Part shown: positions 7,576-18,000 of the stretch, piece after piece
How positions within the stretch are numbered: position 1 is the stretch's first letter
How the letters are laid out: each line of letters begins with the position of its first letter
From: a virus
Taxonomy: Duplodnaviria > Caudoviricetes
DNA: 30,769 nt
Reading direction: 5' to 3' (one strand)
Virus record (IMG/VR): IMGVR_UViG_3300033067_000854
Location: 1 to 30,769 of that record
The notes under the pieces: generated by a model
Databases searched by the model: none
The model's input: the letters and a program-made list of their open reading frames with translations, nothing else
What the model was told of the DNA's origin: nothing
Position numbers and translations under genes: made by a program

Positions 7576-9015
7576 ATGTCTGGAACTGGAACAACCTTCG
7601 CTACCGGCGGCGTCACGTACGCCTCGGGGCAACCCTACTACGACAACATCCTGACGAACTTCTTTCTGCAACTCCTCCCGGACGCGCGGAACGAATCGTC
7701 GGTGCTGCTCGGCATGATCGAGAAGACGGGCAAGACGCCCGTCAGCGGTCGCTACCTCGTGTGGCCGGTCCTGTACGGACGCAACACGGGCGTCGGCTCG
7801 GTCGGCTACCAAGGTGCGATCCCCGATCCGGGGTACCGCAACTCGGCGACTGCGACGGCGCTGTCTCGCGTCGGCATGGCGACGATCATGCTCGACGGTG
7901 ACACGATCCGTCACGGCAAGACCAACGGCGGCGCTTACGCCGAAGCGGTCAAACTGGAAATGGAAGGTGTCATCAAGGACATCATGATTGACCGCGCCCG
8001 TCAGGTTCACAACGACGGCTCCGGTCGCATCGCTGAAGTCGACGTGGCTGGTGCGAACAGCGTCACGGTCAAGGTCAACTCATCGATCGAAGGCGCTTCG
8101 ACGACCAACGCGGCTGGCACGCTCGACCAATACTTTGAGATCGGCGAGCGCGTCATGTTCGTCACGTCGGGCGGCACCATCCGCACGCCGTACACGACCA
8201 CGAGCAACCAGCAAGGCTGCTACGTGCAAGCCATCGCGGTGTCCGGTTCGACCGTGACCATCACGTTCAGCCGCACGCCGGGTACGTCGGCGGACAACTT
8301 CAACGCCGCTCCGACCTCGGGCGACTGGATCGTTCGCTGCTCTGCGGACGTGATCACGTCGACCAAGGACTCGGCGTTCAAGCGCGAGATCATGGGCATC
8401 GGCGGCATCTACTCGGACATCGGCGTGCTCAACGGCATGGTCTCTGCCGGGTCGCAGCAGTCGGCGGGCGCCTACGACGACACCTCGACCGCGACCACGT
8501 GGTTCCAGGGCGTCGTGTGCTCCACGAACCCGTGGGACCAAGGCATCGTCCTCGACTCCAGCGGCGCGGGTAACCGTCCGCTGACCGAGGCGCTGATGCA
8601 GCAAGCGGTGTCGGATGCCGAGCGCATCAACAACGCGAACATCACGATGCTGATGTCGAGCTACCCGACGTACGACAGCTACGTCGCGCTGCTGACGCCG
8701 GACAAGCGGTACCAGAACACGACGGACCTGAAGGGCGGTCATACCACGCTGTCCTTCAACGGTCTGCCGTACGTCAAGGACCGCTTCTGCTACCAGAACC
8801 GCATCTACTTCCTCGGCCTCGACCAGTTGCAGATGGCGGAAACCGCCCCGCTGCAATCGCTCACCGCCGAAGACGTGACGGTCTGGAACCGCGCGACCAA
8901 CTCGTCGGGCAAGGCGCTCGACAAGTACTGGCGCGGCTGGGTCTGGGACGACGAGCTGATCGTCTCGGGCGTCCGTAACCGCACGGGCGCGCTGCTCACC
9001 AACCTGAGCGCCTGA
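7576..9015 (+). CDS. Major capsid protein (HK97 fold expected) with a beta-rich insertion
   Basis: 479 aa, following the scaffold gene, with strong C/G third-position codon bias. Capsid-like C-terminus LKGGHTTLSFNGLPYVKDRFC..NRIYFL...RNRTGALLTNL, followed by a hairpin. Confidence 0.88.
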   Translation: MSGTGTTFATGGVTYASGQPYYDNILTNFFLQLLPDARNESSVLLGMIEKTGKTPVSGRYLVWPVLYGRNTGVGSVGYQGAIPDPGYRNSATATALSRVGMATIMLDGDTIRHGKTNGGAYAEAVKLEMEGVIKDIMIDRARQVHNDGSGRIAEVDVAGANSVTVKVNSSIEGASTTNAAGTLDQYFEIGERVMFVTSGGTIRTPYTTTSNQQGCYVQAIAVSGSTVTITFSRTPGTSADNFNAAPTSGDWIVRCSADVITSTKDSAFKREIMGIGGIYSDIGVLNGMVSAGSQQSAGAYDDTSTATTWFQGVVCSTNPWDQGIVLDSSGAGNRPLTEALMQQAVSDAERINNANITMLMSSYPTYDSYVALLTPDKRYQNTTDLKGGHTTLSFNGLPYVKDRFCYQNRIYFLGLDQLQMAETAPLQSLTAEDVTVWNRATNSSGKALDKYWRGWVWDDELIVSGVRNRTGALLTNLSA

Positions 9016-9022
9016 TCGAAAC

Positions 9023-9051
9023 GGGGAGGGTGGCACGTCGTCATCCTCCCC
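9023..9051 (+). terminator. GC-rich stem-loop after the capsid gene (terminator-like or mRNA-stabilising)
   Basis: GGGGAGGGTGGC-ACGTC-GTCATCCTCCCC forms a 12-bp stem with two G-U pairs and a 5-nt loop. No U-tract follows. Confidence 0.6.
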
Positions 9052-9097
9052 ATCCCATCTCTCGAACCGTGGGCCGAATGTAGCTCAAGGACTTCAC

Positions 9098-10123
9098 ATG
9101 ACGATTCTTCGCCGCAACCTGAAGCCGGGATCATCGGCTTCGTCTCCCTACAACACGTACAGAGTAACGCTGCCTGGAGCCGACTTCTTCGGCATCGCCG
9201 CAGCGCAGACGGTCACGGTCGGCAACAAGCTGACACTCAGCGGATCCTACTGCCGCAACATCAGCACGGACGGGTTCAGCGCGGACCTGCGCTTGCCCGT
9301 GTGCCCGACGATCATCCTCTCCGATCACACGTTGGCTGTGAGCCTGAAGATCGATGGCATCGACCACCTCGGGCGCCCGGTCACGATGATCCTGGACAAG
9401 ACCGCAGCCAACACGTTGATGGGCGGGCAGGCATACACATGTCTCAGCCGAATCAACCAAGCGACTGTGATCTCCAAGAGCGGCACAACCGACATCGGGC
9501 TTGGGTTCTGCTACGGAAGTTGGGACTCGACGACGTATTTCCCTGTTGCGCGACGCGCCTCTTCCATCGACGGCATTCGTCGCATTCCGCTTCCCGTCCT
9601 TCCTGGGTCGGCAAGTGATGTGTTGGCGGTCAGATGCCTTGGTCCGAGTTCTGGAAACGGACAGCTCATCAACATCCCGACGAAGACAGCCACGCTGACC
9701 TACGCCGCGACGACCGTAACGTCTGGTTCGGCTGGTGACTTCGCTTCGGTCGCCCAGTTCGACGTGCTGTACACTGCTGACGGATACGTCGGAGTTTCTA
9801 CAGGAGCTGCCGTTGCTGGCGTGGTGACCGTTGTGGCCTGGGTTCGCAACGGCGCAACCGGAACTCCTGGAAACTGGACTGGCAACGCGAACACGTCAGG
9901 TGGAATCGTCGCTGTTCGGTACGCCTACCAGACTGCTCTTGGCACGGCGACGATCATCAGCAGCGCAACTCCTGGCGTTGACCTCGCGGGCCAGATCGCT
10001 AACGGTTCGCTTGTCGGGGTCAACGCTGCCGGTGCCTCGTACGGGTTCTACGCCGATGTCGTGAGCGAGCCTCTGTTCGACATGGACTTCCTCGTCACCT
10101 ACAAGCCGGGAACCGTGTACTGA
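9098..10123 (+). CDS. Putative virion structural protein (head decoration or fibre-like)
   Basis: 341 aa, Gly/Thr/Ala/Val-rich beta-type composition, immediately after the capsid gene, with AAGGA upstream of the ATG. Confidence 0.6.
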   Translation: MTILRRNLKPGSSASSPYNTYRVTLPGADFFGIAAAQTVTVGNKLTLSGSYCRNISTDGFSADLRLPVCPTIILSDHTLAVSLKIDGIDHLGRPVTMILDKTAANTLMGGQAYTCLSRINQATVISKSGTTDIGLGFCYGSWDSTTYFPVARRASSIDGIRRIPLPVLPGSASDVLAVRCLGPSSGNGQLINIPTKTATLTYAATTVTSGSAGDFASVAQFDVLYTADGYVGVSTGAAVAGVVTVVAWVRNGATGTPGNWTGNANTSGGIVAVRYAYQTALGTATIISSATPGVDLAGQIANGSLVGVNAAGASYGFYADVVSEPLFDMDFLVTYKPGTVY

Positions 10124-10617
10124 TGCGACAGCGTTGTGTACCCACGCAGGGGTCTGCCGCATGGCAGTCCTTCACGTTCCGACCGCAAGACCCGGTATGG
10201 GCGCCGCACGCCCTGCTGGAACGCACGCGGAAGGCGCTGAAGGGTCACGATACCTACCTCGACCTATGGTGGTCTCCGATGCGTCAGATGCACTCGGGGC
10301 TCGCCGGTCGCTGGAGGATCGTGGCGTTCATGCCCAAGACCTCGACGTGGGACACGGTGCTCTACTGGGAGGGGGAAGGCGGCACCTACCGCGATCCCTC
10401 TCCCGAGGGCTGCTTGATCGCAGCGCAGAAGGCTGACCTGTGGGCGCGAGGCGACGACCTCAAGAAGCTCTCGGATCGGCTGGAAGACAAGTCGAAGAAG
10501 AACGAAGACTCGGCTTGGCGCGAGAAGTACGACGGCACGTGGGACCACTCCGTCGACGTGGCTGAGTTCGCCGCTGGGCACAAGAAGCACTACGACATGG
10601 GAGTCGCTTCCACGTGA
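10123..10617 (+). CDS. Hypothetical phage protein (164 aa, Trp-rich)
   Basis: TGATG coupling upstream and GTGA overlap downstream, with codon usage matching its neighbours. Confidence 0.75.
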   Translation: MRQRCVPTQGSAAWQSFTFRPQDPVWAPHALLERTRKALKGHDTYLDLWWSPMRQMHSGLAGRWRIVAFMPKTSTWDTVLYWEGEGGTYRDPSPEGCLIAAQKADLWARGDDLKKLSDRLEDKSKKNEDSAWREKYDGTWDHSVDVAEFAAGHKKHYDMGVAST

Positions 10618-11609
10618 TTACCTCGCTGTTCCTCCAAGAGTGCCGCGACCTGCTGGACGACCCGAACGGTCTGAAGTTCCCCGACCCGATGCTGATTCGG
10701 GCGGCGAACCGTCAGATGCGCGGGCTGTTCCGCACGATGGTCGAGGGCAACAAGGAGTACAGCAACTTCACGATGGGATGGCCTGCGAGCGGGAACGCTG
10801 TGCAGGTGGCGAAGGCGATCTGGGAGTTCAGGATGCCGTCGTGGGTGACGCACGTCGCTGACGTGTACATCGCCACGGGCTTCACGGTCCCGGAGAGCTA
10901 CTGGTCCATGTACAAGTGGACGAGCCCGACGAACGTCTCGCTGGGTCAGAAGATCGCCAAGCACCGTACGAGCGATCAGTACCCGCACTGGTCGTGGGAG
11001 GGCAACAACAACACGCTGCGGTTGTGGAACTACACCACCTGTCCGGACATCATCGTGCGTGTTGCTGTGCGACCGCCGACGCTGTTCAAGTGCGTACTGT
11101 CCGTGCAGTCGTCCTCTCAGAGCTGGGTCCACCTGCCGTCGCAGACGGTGTACGGAGAACCCGAGATCGAGGAGGGATCGCTGGTGAACAGCGTGCTCCA
11201 GGTCACGTCCACGGCGAACGCCAACAGCGCCAACTACGGTCTGGTGCGGCGTGTGATCTACAGCACGGCGAACGGGCAGGTGTTCGCTGGTCGCGTGACC
11301 GACATCTACGTGGATGCGGACTATCCGAGCCTGTTGGCTTCGGGTGACACGCTGGAAACGATCGTGCCGATCCCAGACGACCACACGCGCCTATTGGTGC
11401 TGAAGACTGCGCAGGTGGCATTCCAGAAGAAGAACAACGTGGATGGGCTTCGGTCCATCGCGGCTGAGATGCAGGAGGAGTGGGTGAAGTTCGTGAACTA
11501 CGCCACGCCGCCGCGCGACAGCAACGGACCTACTTTCATCAAACGGACGCTCCAGAACCGGGCTCCGTGGAACAACAACTACTCCTACTGGGGTAACTGG
11601 AGCTGGTAA
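10614..11609 (+). CDS. Putative head-tail adaptor (connector) protein with an inserted beta domain
   Basis: Helical N-terminus (ECRDLLDDP...FPDPMLIRAANR) and C-terminus (IPDDHTRLLVLKTA..AFQK) are typical of adaptor proteins. It lies between the capsid and nozzle genes. Confidence 0.65.
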   Translation: MITSLFLQECRDLLDDPNGLKFPDPMLIRAANRQMRGLFRTMVEGNKEYSNFTMGWPASGNAVQVAKAIWEFRMPSWVTHVADVYIATGFTVPESYWSMYKWTSPTNVSLGQKIAKHRTSDQYPHWSWEGNNNTLRLWNYTTCPDIIVRVAVRPPTLFKCVLSVQSSSQSWVHLPSQTVYGEPEIEEGSLVNSVLQVTSTANANSANYGLVRRVIYSTANGQVFAGRVTDIYVDADYPSLLASGDTLETIVPIPDDHTRLLVLKTAQVAFQKKNNVDGLRSIAAEMQEEWVKFVNYATPPRDSNGPTFIKRTLQNRAPWNNNYSYWGNWSW

Positions 11610-12052
11610 TGGCCCTGTACTCACTCAACACTTCCGCGACTCGTGTGATGTTTACGTCGGCTACGGCGGAAACGTCGTACCCGACCGGCGTTGCGCTTGG
11701 TCTCAAGGGGCAAGTCGATGCTGCTGCCGGTGACGTGAACGGTGCTGCCGACACGCGCACCACGACCGCTGCGTCAAGTTTCTTTGCTCCGCAGACGGGC
11801 GTTCAACCGCAGCGTCACGCGATCTTGCGAAGCATCGAAGTGCTGACGGTTGGCGGAACGGCACCGACGATCAAGCTGCGAGATCACGCCGCTCAGAAGG
11901 ACCTGACGATCCTTTACGACGGCAGCGCCAAGGCGAAGTTCGAGTTCGGGGTTGGCGGACTTCCTGTTCTTGGCGGGTTCTGTGTCATCACAGCCGCCTC
12001 GGTTGGTGCTGCTCCTGTGTGCCAGATCATCTACGACGTTGTGACCAACTGA
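11609..12052 (+). CDS. Putative small virion structural protein (147 aa)
   Basis: TAATG coupling. The pattern ILRSIEV....APTIKLRD....FGVGGLPV..GF.V suggests a small beta-sandwich. Confidence 0.6.
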   Translation: MALYSLNTSATRVMFTSATAETSYPTGVALGLKGQVDAAAGDVNGAADTRTTTAASSFFAPQTGVQPQRHAILRSIEVLTVGGTAPTIKLRDHAAQKDLTILYDGSAKAKFEFGVGGLPVLGGFCVITAASVGAAPVCQIIYDVVTN

Positions 12053-12055
12053 TCT

Positions 12056-15000
12056 GTGGCGCAACGGCAAGACACCAACGGCTTCTTGGAGTTCCGGCAG
12101 ACCGATCTGTCGGGCGGCGTCAACAACTCCAAGAACGAAACGCTCCTGCAACCGAACGAGTCCCCTCGTGCGGTGAACGTCGATTACGACCAGGACGCCG
12201 TTGGCAGCACGTCGGGCTCGATCAAGTTCAACGATCAGGTGGCACCGGGCAGCGCGATCCGCACGCGCGTGGACCCGAGCCTGAGCCCGCTCATGGCGTT
12301 GCCACGCCCGCTGCTTGGAACCTCACAGGACGGCACAGTGGACGTTCCGTTGTGCGGCTACGGCTACCTGCCGTACAGCGCGGACAACGACATCGGCGGT
12401 GACTACGCCTACGAGGGCGCGCTCTACAGCGAGACCTTCCACAACCGTCGCGGCAACACGTTCGAGTTGAACACGAGCTTCCGTATCCCTGCCGACGTGA
12501 AGCTGTACGAGACGCCGACGAACGGCCTGTCGTCGCCGCCCGTGCTTGGAACCGTGACGAGCTACACGCCACCCAACGGCTTCGACGAGGCGTTGGACGA
12601 GTGCTTCTGCATCATTCAGAAGGGGGGTGATCGACTCGCTCCGATGTCGTGGGCGCTGGCGGTCGTCAACATCGGCAACGGCATCGGTTTCGATGGCGTG
12701 AACCCGATCACTGGATTGCCGTCACGCCGCCCATCGAACTACGGCCTCGTGTTTATGTGGTACGACGCTCCGGGCTGGGGATACCCCAGTGCGCGGACGA
12801 TGAAGTACAACCTCACGTCGGGCGCCCTGCCGAACACGAACTGCACGCAGGCTTACCGCGCGGTACTGATCCACAAGTACGTGGAGCCGGGGACCGACTA
12901 CAGCATCTCGGTCCAGCTGAAGACGGACACGGGCACGCCGGGTGGTGTTGCCACGAACACGGCTTGGCAGAACAACGGCTACTTCCGCGTTTGGGTGTCG
13001 GAGAACGGGGCGGAACCGACGAGCTACACCTACGAGGACAGCACTGGAACGGCGACCAACTTGGTCGTCTACAAGGGTCCGACGGACTCGCTTTCGTACC
13101 TGTCGAAGTACGGCGTGCGTTACAGCGGTCGCGACGCGATGTTCCTCGGGCTTGGGCAACGGTTCACGCCCTGGATGCGCTGCGGCTTCATCCCGTTCGG
13201 GATGGACTGCGCCCCGCTGAAGTCGTGCGGGTTCAGCATGGCTGACCGGAGTTCGCTGACGACGGCTGGCATGTATGGTGCCGCAGCAAACTACGACATG
13301 CTGACGGACCACGTGGCTCCTGCTGACACGTACGCGGTCGTCATCAACCGTGGCTTGTCGTCTGGCAACACGTGGAACGGCTTTGACCCCAAGGGTGGCG
13401 CTGTCGCTGGTTCCGAGTGGGATGGCTACGGCGGCAACGGTGGAGCCGGTATCGCCTTCGGAAACAGCGAGGCGCTCCGTGGCTACCGAGTCGTGTTCAA
13501 CAACGACGCACTTGGCGCTGGCGCAGCGGGTGCGATCTACACGATCGGGACGTACACGGAGGTCGGTGCGAGCTACCGGCTTGGCTTGGTCAGTATCGGT
13601 GGTCAGCCAGCTTGGGTTGGGCGCAAGACGCTGATCCAGTGCTTCCGCTGGCACCAGCGCGATCTCATCATCGGCCATGTGCGGATCTGGTCCACGCCGC
13701 GTGACTACGGAGCTGGTGGTGTGGTTGGGTCTCGCCGCAAGGTGAGCCTGCATTCGAGCATCCGGCTCGACGACAACACGGAGCCGGACATTGCAGACCT
13801 GAAGGCGTACTGGAAGTGTGACGACGCCGAGGGTGCCACGCTGCACGAGTCGGTTGTCGGCGGCACGCGCAACGGCTTCCTGCTGCCGTTCGGCAACGCG
13901 ACGACGGACGGTGGAACGCGCGGGTCGCAGTTGGTCTTCCTGTCAGGCGAGGGCGAGGCGATCACGCGCGACCTGAGCGAGGATCCCGTCTACAAGCGCG
14001 AGATCCAGCGGATGCTCTCTGGCGACTCGCAGGGCTTCGGGTTTGAGATCAGCTTCGTGGAGACGGAGGCGTTCTACGCGATCCAGTCTGCGGAGTTCCT
14101 GCCTGATAGCGGCACGGCTCCGTTGACGGGCGCTCGCCCTCGCGGGGTGCCTGACCTCGTGTGCTGGGACGTGAAGGACCCTGCGACGAGCGGCACGCGC
14201 TCCGTGCCTCGCCCGCTGTTGGTCTTGTCCCACCGCAACCTGCTGTCGTCGCAGGACCCCAACGCCTTCAAGCAGGCGCAGGCGTTCTCGGTGGCTGTTG
14301 GTGCGGCGAGCGACCAGGAGAATATCGACGCGATCGTGCCGAGCGACCTGTTGCCGTGCTTCCGTACGCAGGCTGCTGCTGTTCTGCCGTACACGCCGAA
14401 CACGACGTACAATCGCTTCGACGTGACGAGTCCGTGGGTCGGGCGCAAGGTGACGATCCAAGTCGGAGTCCAGCGCACGACGACTGCGGACCAGTACGAC
14501 GTGTACATCTCGATGACGCCGAAGGACGCCTTCAACCCGGCGAACGGCGACCCGAGCGACGCGGAGTTCGCCTACTGGACGGATGGCGCGGTCGGCACGA
14601 ACTACGAGAACACCACCTACTACACGTCCGCGCACATGACGATTGACCGCAAGGATCTGGAGCGGTCGGTGCTGACGGTCGGCGGTCGCTGGAACTGCAA
14701 GGGCATCCCGAGCGACACGTACAACCTGGGCTACACCGAACTGAACGCCCGGATGCTCGTGGACGAGGTGCGCTGGTTCGCCACGTCCCCGGCTGGTGCG
14801 CTGCCCGCTGCAAGCGGTCAGGTGGTCACGGCACGCAACGGGAAGCTGGAGGGCTCCAACTGCCTGCCGCCCCGCCTGCTCACGTCTGGCGACATCCTGG
14901 AGCCCCTGGGATCGGGCCTGAACGCAGCCAACGTGGTGCAGGGCACGACGACGGTCACTCCACCCTCGCAGACATCCATGTTCACTGCCGAGCCCGCCGC

Positions 15001-18000
15001 GTCCGAACGCGCGGTGAAGGGCACCTACCTGATCGTGTCCGGTGACGAGGTGGACGTTCCCAAGCTGGAGACCTACGGAGTCAAGAAGCCGGAGTGGTAC
15101 GGAATCAGCGCGGTCGCAGCCGGTGGCGCAAGCCTGTCGATCCGCAGCGCCTACGTGGACCCGAGCCGTAACGGGACGGTTGCCAACGTCTTCCGCCTCG
15201 TGGGCTACACCGCCTTCGAGGACGACATCAGGGACGTGCCCATCACGCTGGGGCGCGGCAAGAGCTACACGGCTACGGGCGTGACGGTCTCCGACGTGAT
15301 CCTGACGGACACGTTCTGGAGTGACCTGAGCCCGCTGAACGACGGCTGGAAGTTGCGGATCTACTCCCCGCTCGGGCACTCCTCGTCGGTGCAGATCCTC
15401 CCCATGTGGACGCGCGGTGTGGTGACGGAGCGGCGTGGTCCCGACGACGGGATCCTCGGGCTGTACGGTTTCAACGACAAGGTGTATGCGGCTGTTCGCG
15501 GCGCGATCTACCAAGCCGACGATCGGTGGCGCGCGGTCGAGTTCACGCCGGAGATCAAGTACGGGCTCGCGTTCCGCGCAGAGACGCTTCCCGGCGGGGT
15601 CGTGGGTCCGCTCGCCAACGACCGCGTGACGTTCCCGGTGACCGCCTCCTGCATGTTGCCGACGTGGGCTGACACGTTCGGAACGATCATCGAGGCGCGT
15701 GGCATGATCGACTCGGTGAGCGAGTACCAGACAATCCTGTGGTACGGCGACCCGACATCGAACCCTGCGCTGACGGCGAACAACTCTACCGGCCAAGCGG
15801 TGCAGTACATCCTGCGGCTGAACCGTGGGCGCCCGGAGCTGGTGATCGGTTCAACGTCCGCCTACACGGGCGTGACGCTGCCGGAGAAGGGCTTGTTCAT
15901 CGCTACGGCTGACACGGCTGTGGCTGTGGGGGAGCCGTTCCACATCCGGTTCTACTTGGCGACGCGGTTGACCGGCACGGTGCTGCTCAAGCCGTACTGC
16001 AAGATCAACGGCAAGAAGTCGTCGGTTCGCGTGAACGCTGTGGACGTTGGCGTCGCGGGCGCGAACGACTGGCTCTTGACCGCAAACATCGTGGTGCCGA
16101 CCGGAACGAGCCGTCAGTACATCGTGGGGTGTGGGCGCGACTCCTACCGATCCGCCGATGCAGACCAGACGTTCACGAGCGGTTCGATCTCGGGCACGTT
16201 GCGTTCGCCACAGCGATTGCAGGGATACCTGCACTCGTTCAACGGAACGCTTGCCGACATCAACATGGTCCAGATCAACACGTGGTCTGGGTATCCCACG
16301 ACGCAACCGCCGGACTTCGATCCATACAACGTTGACTACGACCAGCCTGGGAACTACCTCCGCATCCAGGTGCTACACAACCCGATCGGTGTCGGGCACC
16401 GCATTCAGGACTTGGCGAGCGAGAACATCGGGGTCATCCAGTCCTCGCCGTTCGTGAGCGTCTACCACGCCTTCGGAATGTCCACGAATAACGCGACATG
16501 GGCTGAGTACGGCTCGCAGTTGTACGTGACCAACGGCGGCAAGCCTGCGGTTATCATCAACGGCGTCGGGATACAGGCTGGTGTCGTGGCACCCACGGTG
16601 ACCCCCACCTTCGAGGTGGAGCGGTTCCCGTTGTGGGCGAAGAACGTGCGCGCGACGAGCGGCACGAACGACCTCAACGATCCGTACCTGCAAGCGACCC
16701 CCGGCTCGGCGCAGCAGATCTACCACCAGAACTCGGTGGGCAACACGGTCCTGACGACGACGTTGGATTCATCGTCCGACGCTTCTGCGATGTCGTGGGT
16801 GAAGGACGGCTACTTTCACCTCAAAGGGTACGTACGCCCGCGCAGCGTCGCTGGGCGCATCCAGTTGTGGAGGCGTGCGGACGGCTCTCAGTCCGGGGGT
16901 CCATTCCTCGACATCGTTGACGGCGCGGTGCGATTCGGCTGGTACGACCTCGACCTCAAGAAGGAAGTGTGGGTGCAGTCGAGCGGTCCGGTATTCCAGC
17001 CGAACGACGTTCACTACTTCCACGTTCGCAAGCGGTGGCCGCTGGATGACCTGATCGAGACCAACTGGCAGAACAGTTACTTCTCCGACGGTCGCGTGCG
17101 TCGCATGGTGACGACCGCTTCGATCGCGTTCACGGTTGGCGAGCGCATCGTCGATGCCGCCGTGCCGACGAAGGCTGGGTGGGTCACGAAGATCAACGGC
17201 GCTGAGATCGAGTACGTCAAGGACGTGTCTCTCGCGCCGGAGTTTGCCGCAGGCAACACGGTTCGCAACGTGGCGGGAACTAAGTCCACGACGGTCAAGG
17301 CTGCGTCCACGGTCTACCGTCCCATGAACGACGTGCTGACGGTGCGCAGGTTCAAGCGTAGTGGTGAATCGAACACGGGCACGACTGCGGTGGTCGGCAG
17401 CGTCCGCAACCGCGTGAGCCTCACAACGTCCACGTTGAGCGTTCCGTCGGGCACGGGCGCCTCGGGTATGGCGAGCGTTCCCGGTGCGACCTACACGGGC
17501 GCTGCTGCGGGCGTCGTCAACAGCACGGTCGGCAGCGTGTTCTCAGCGGACATGATCGGAATGTTCTGGGTGTGGGGCGGGCTGGCGGGGACGTTCGCGG
17601 GCAAGAAGTACCGCATCACGACCTACAACAGCGCCACGCAGATCGTGGTCACCGATGAGGAAACGGGCGTCAACCCGAACTTCGCGGCGATCGTTGCCGC
17701 AACAGAGGGCGCTGTCTTCACTGGTGTCGAGCTTGTGCGCTCGGAAGACTTCACCAACTCGAAGACCCCGGACAACACGCAGACGGTCATCGAGATGATG
17801 GGCTCGTCCATCCAAGGCGACGTGACCAGCGGGTACGCGCCGTTCGACGGCGAGTTCTATAGTTTCGGCTACGGCGTGGCGACTGGCACAGGCGGCACGA
17901 ACGCTCAGTGCTTTGAAACGCTGGACACGAGCATCGGCGGCGGGGCGGGCAACGACCCGATCACGACGGGCAGCGACGCCTTCGCTGTGCAGAACTACGA

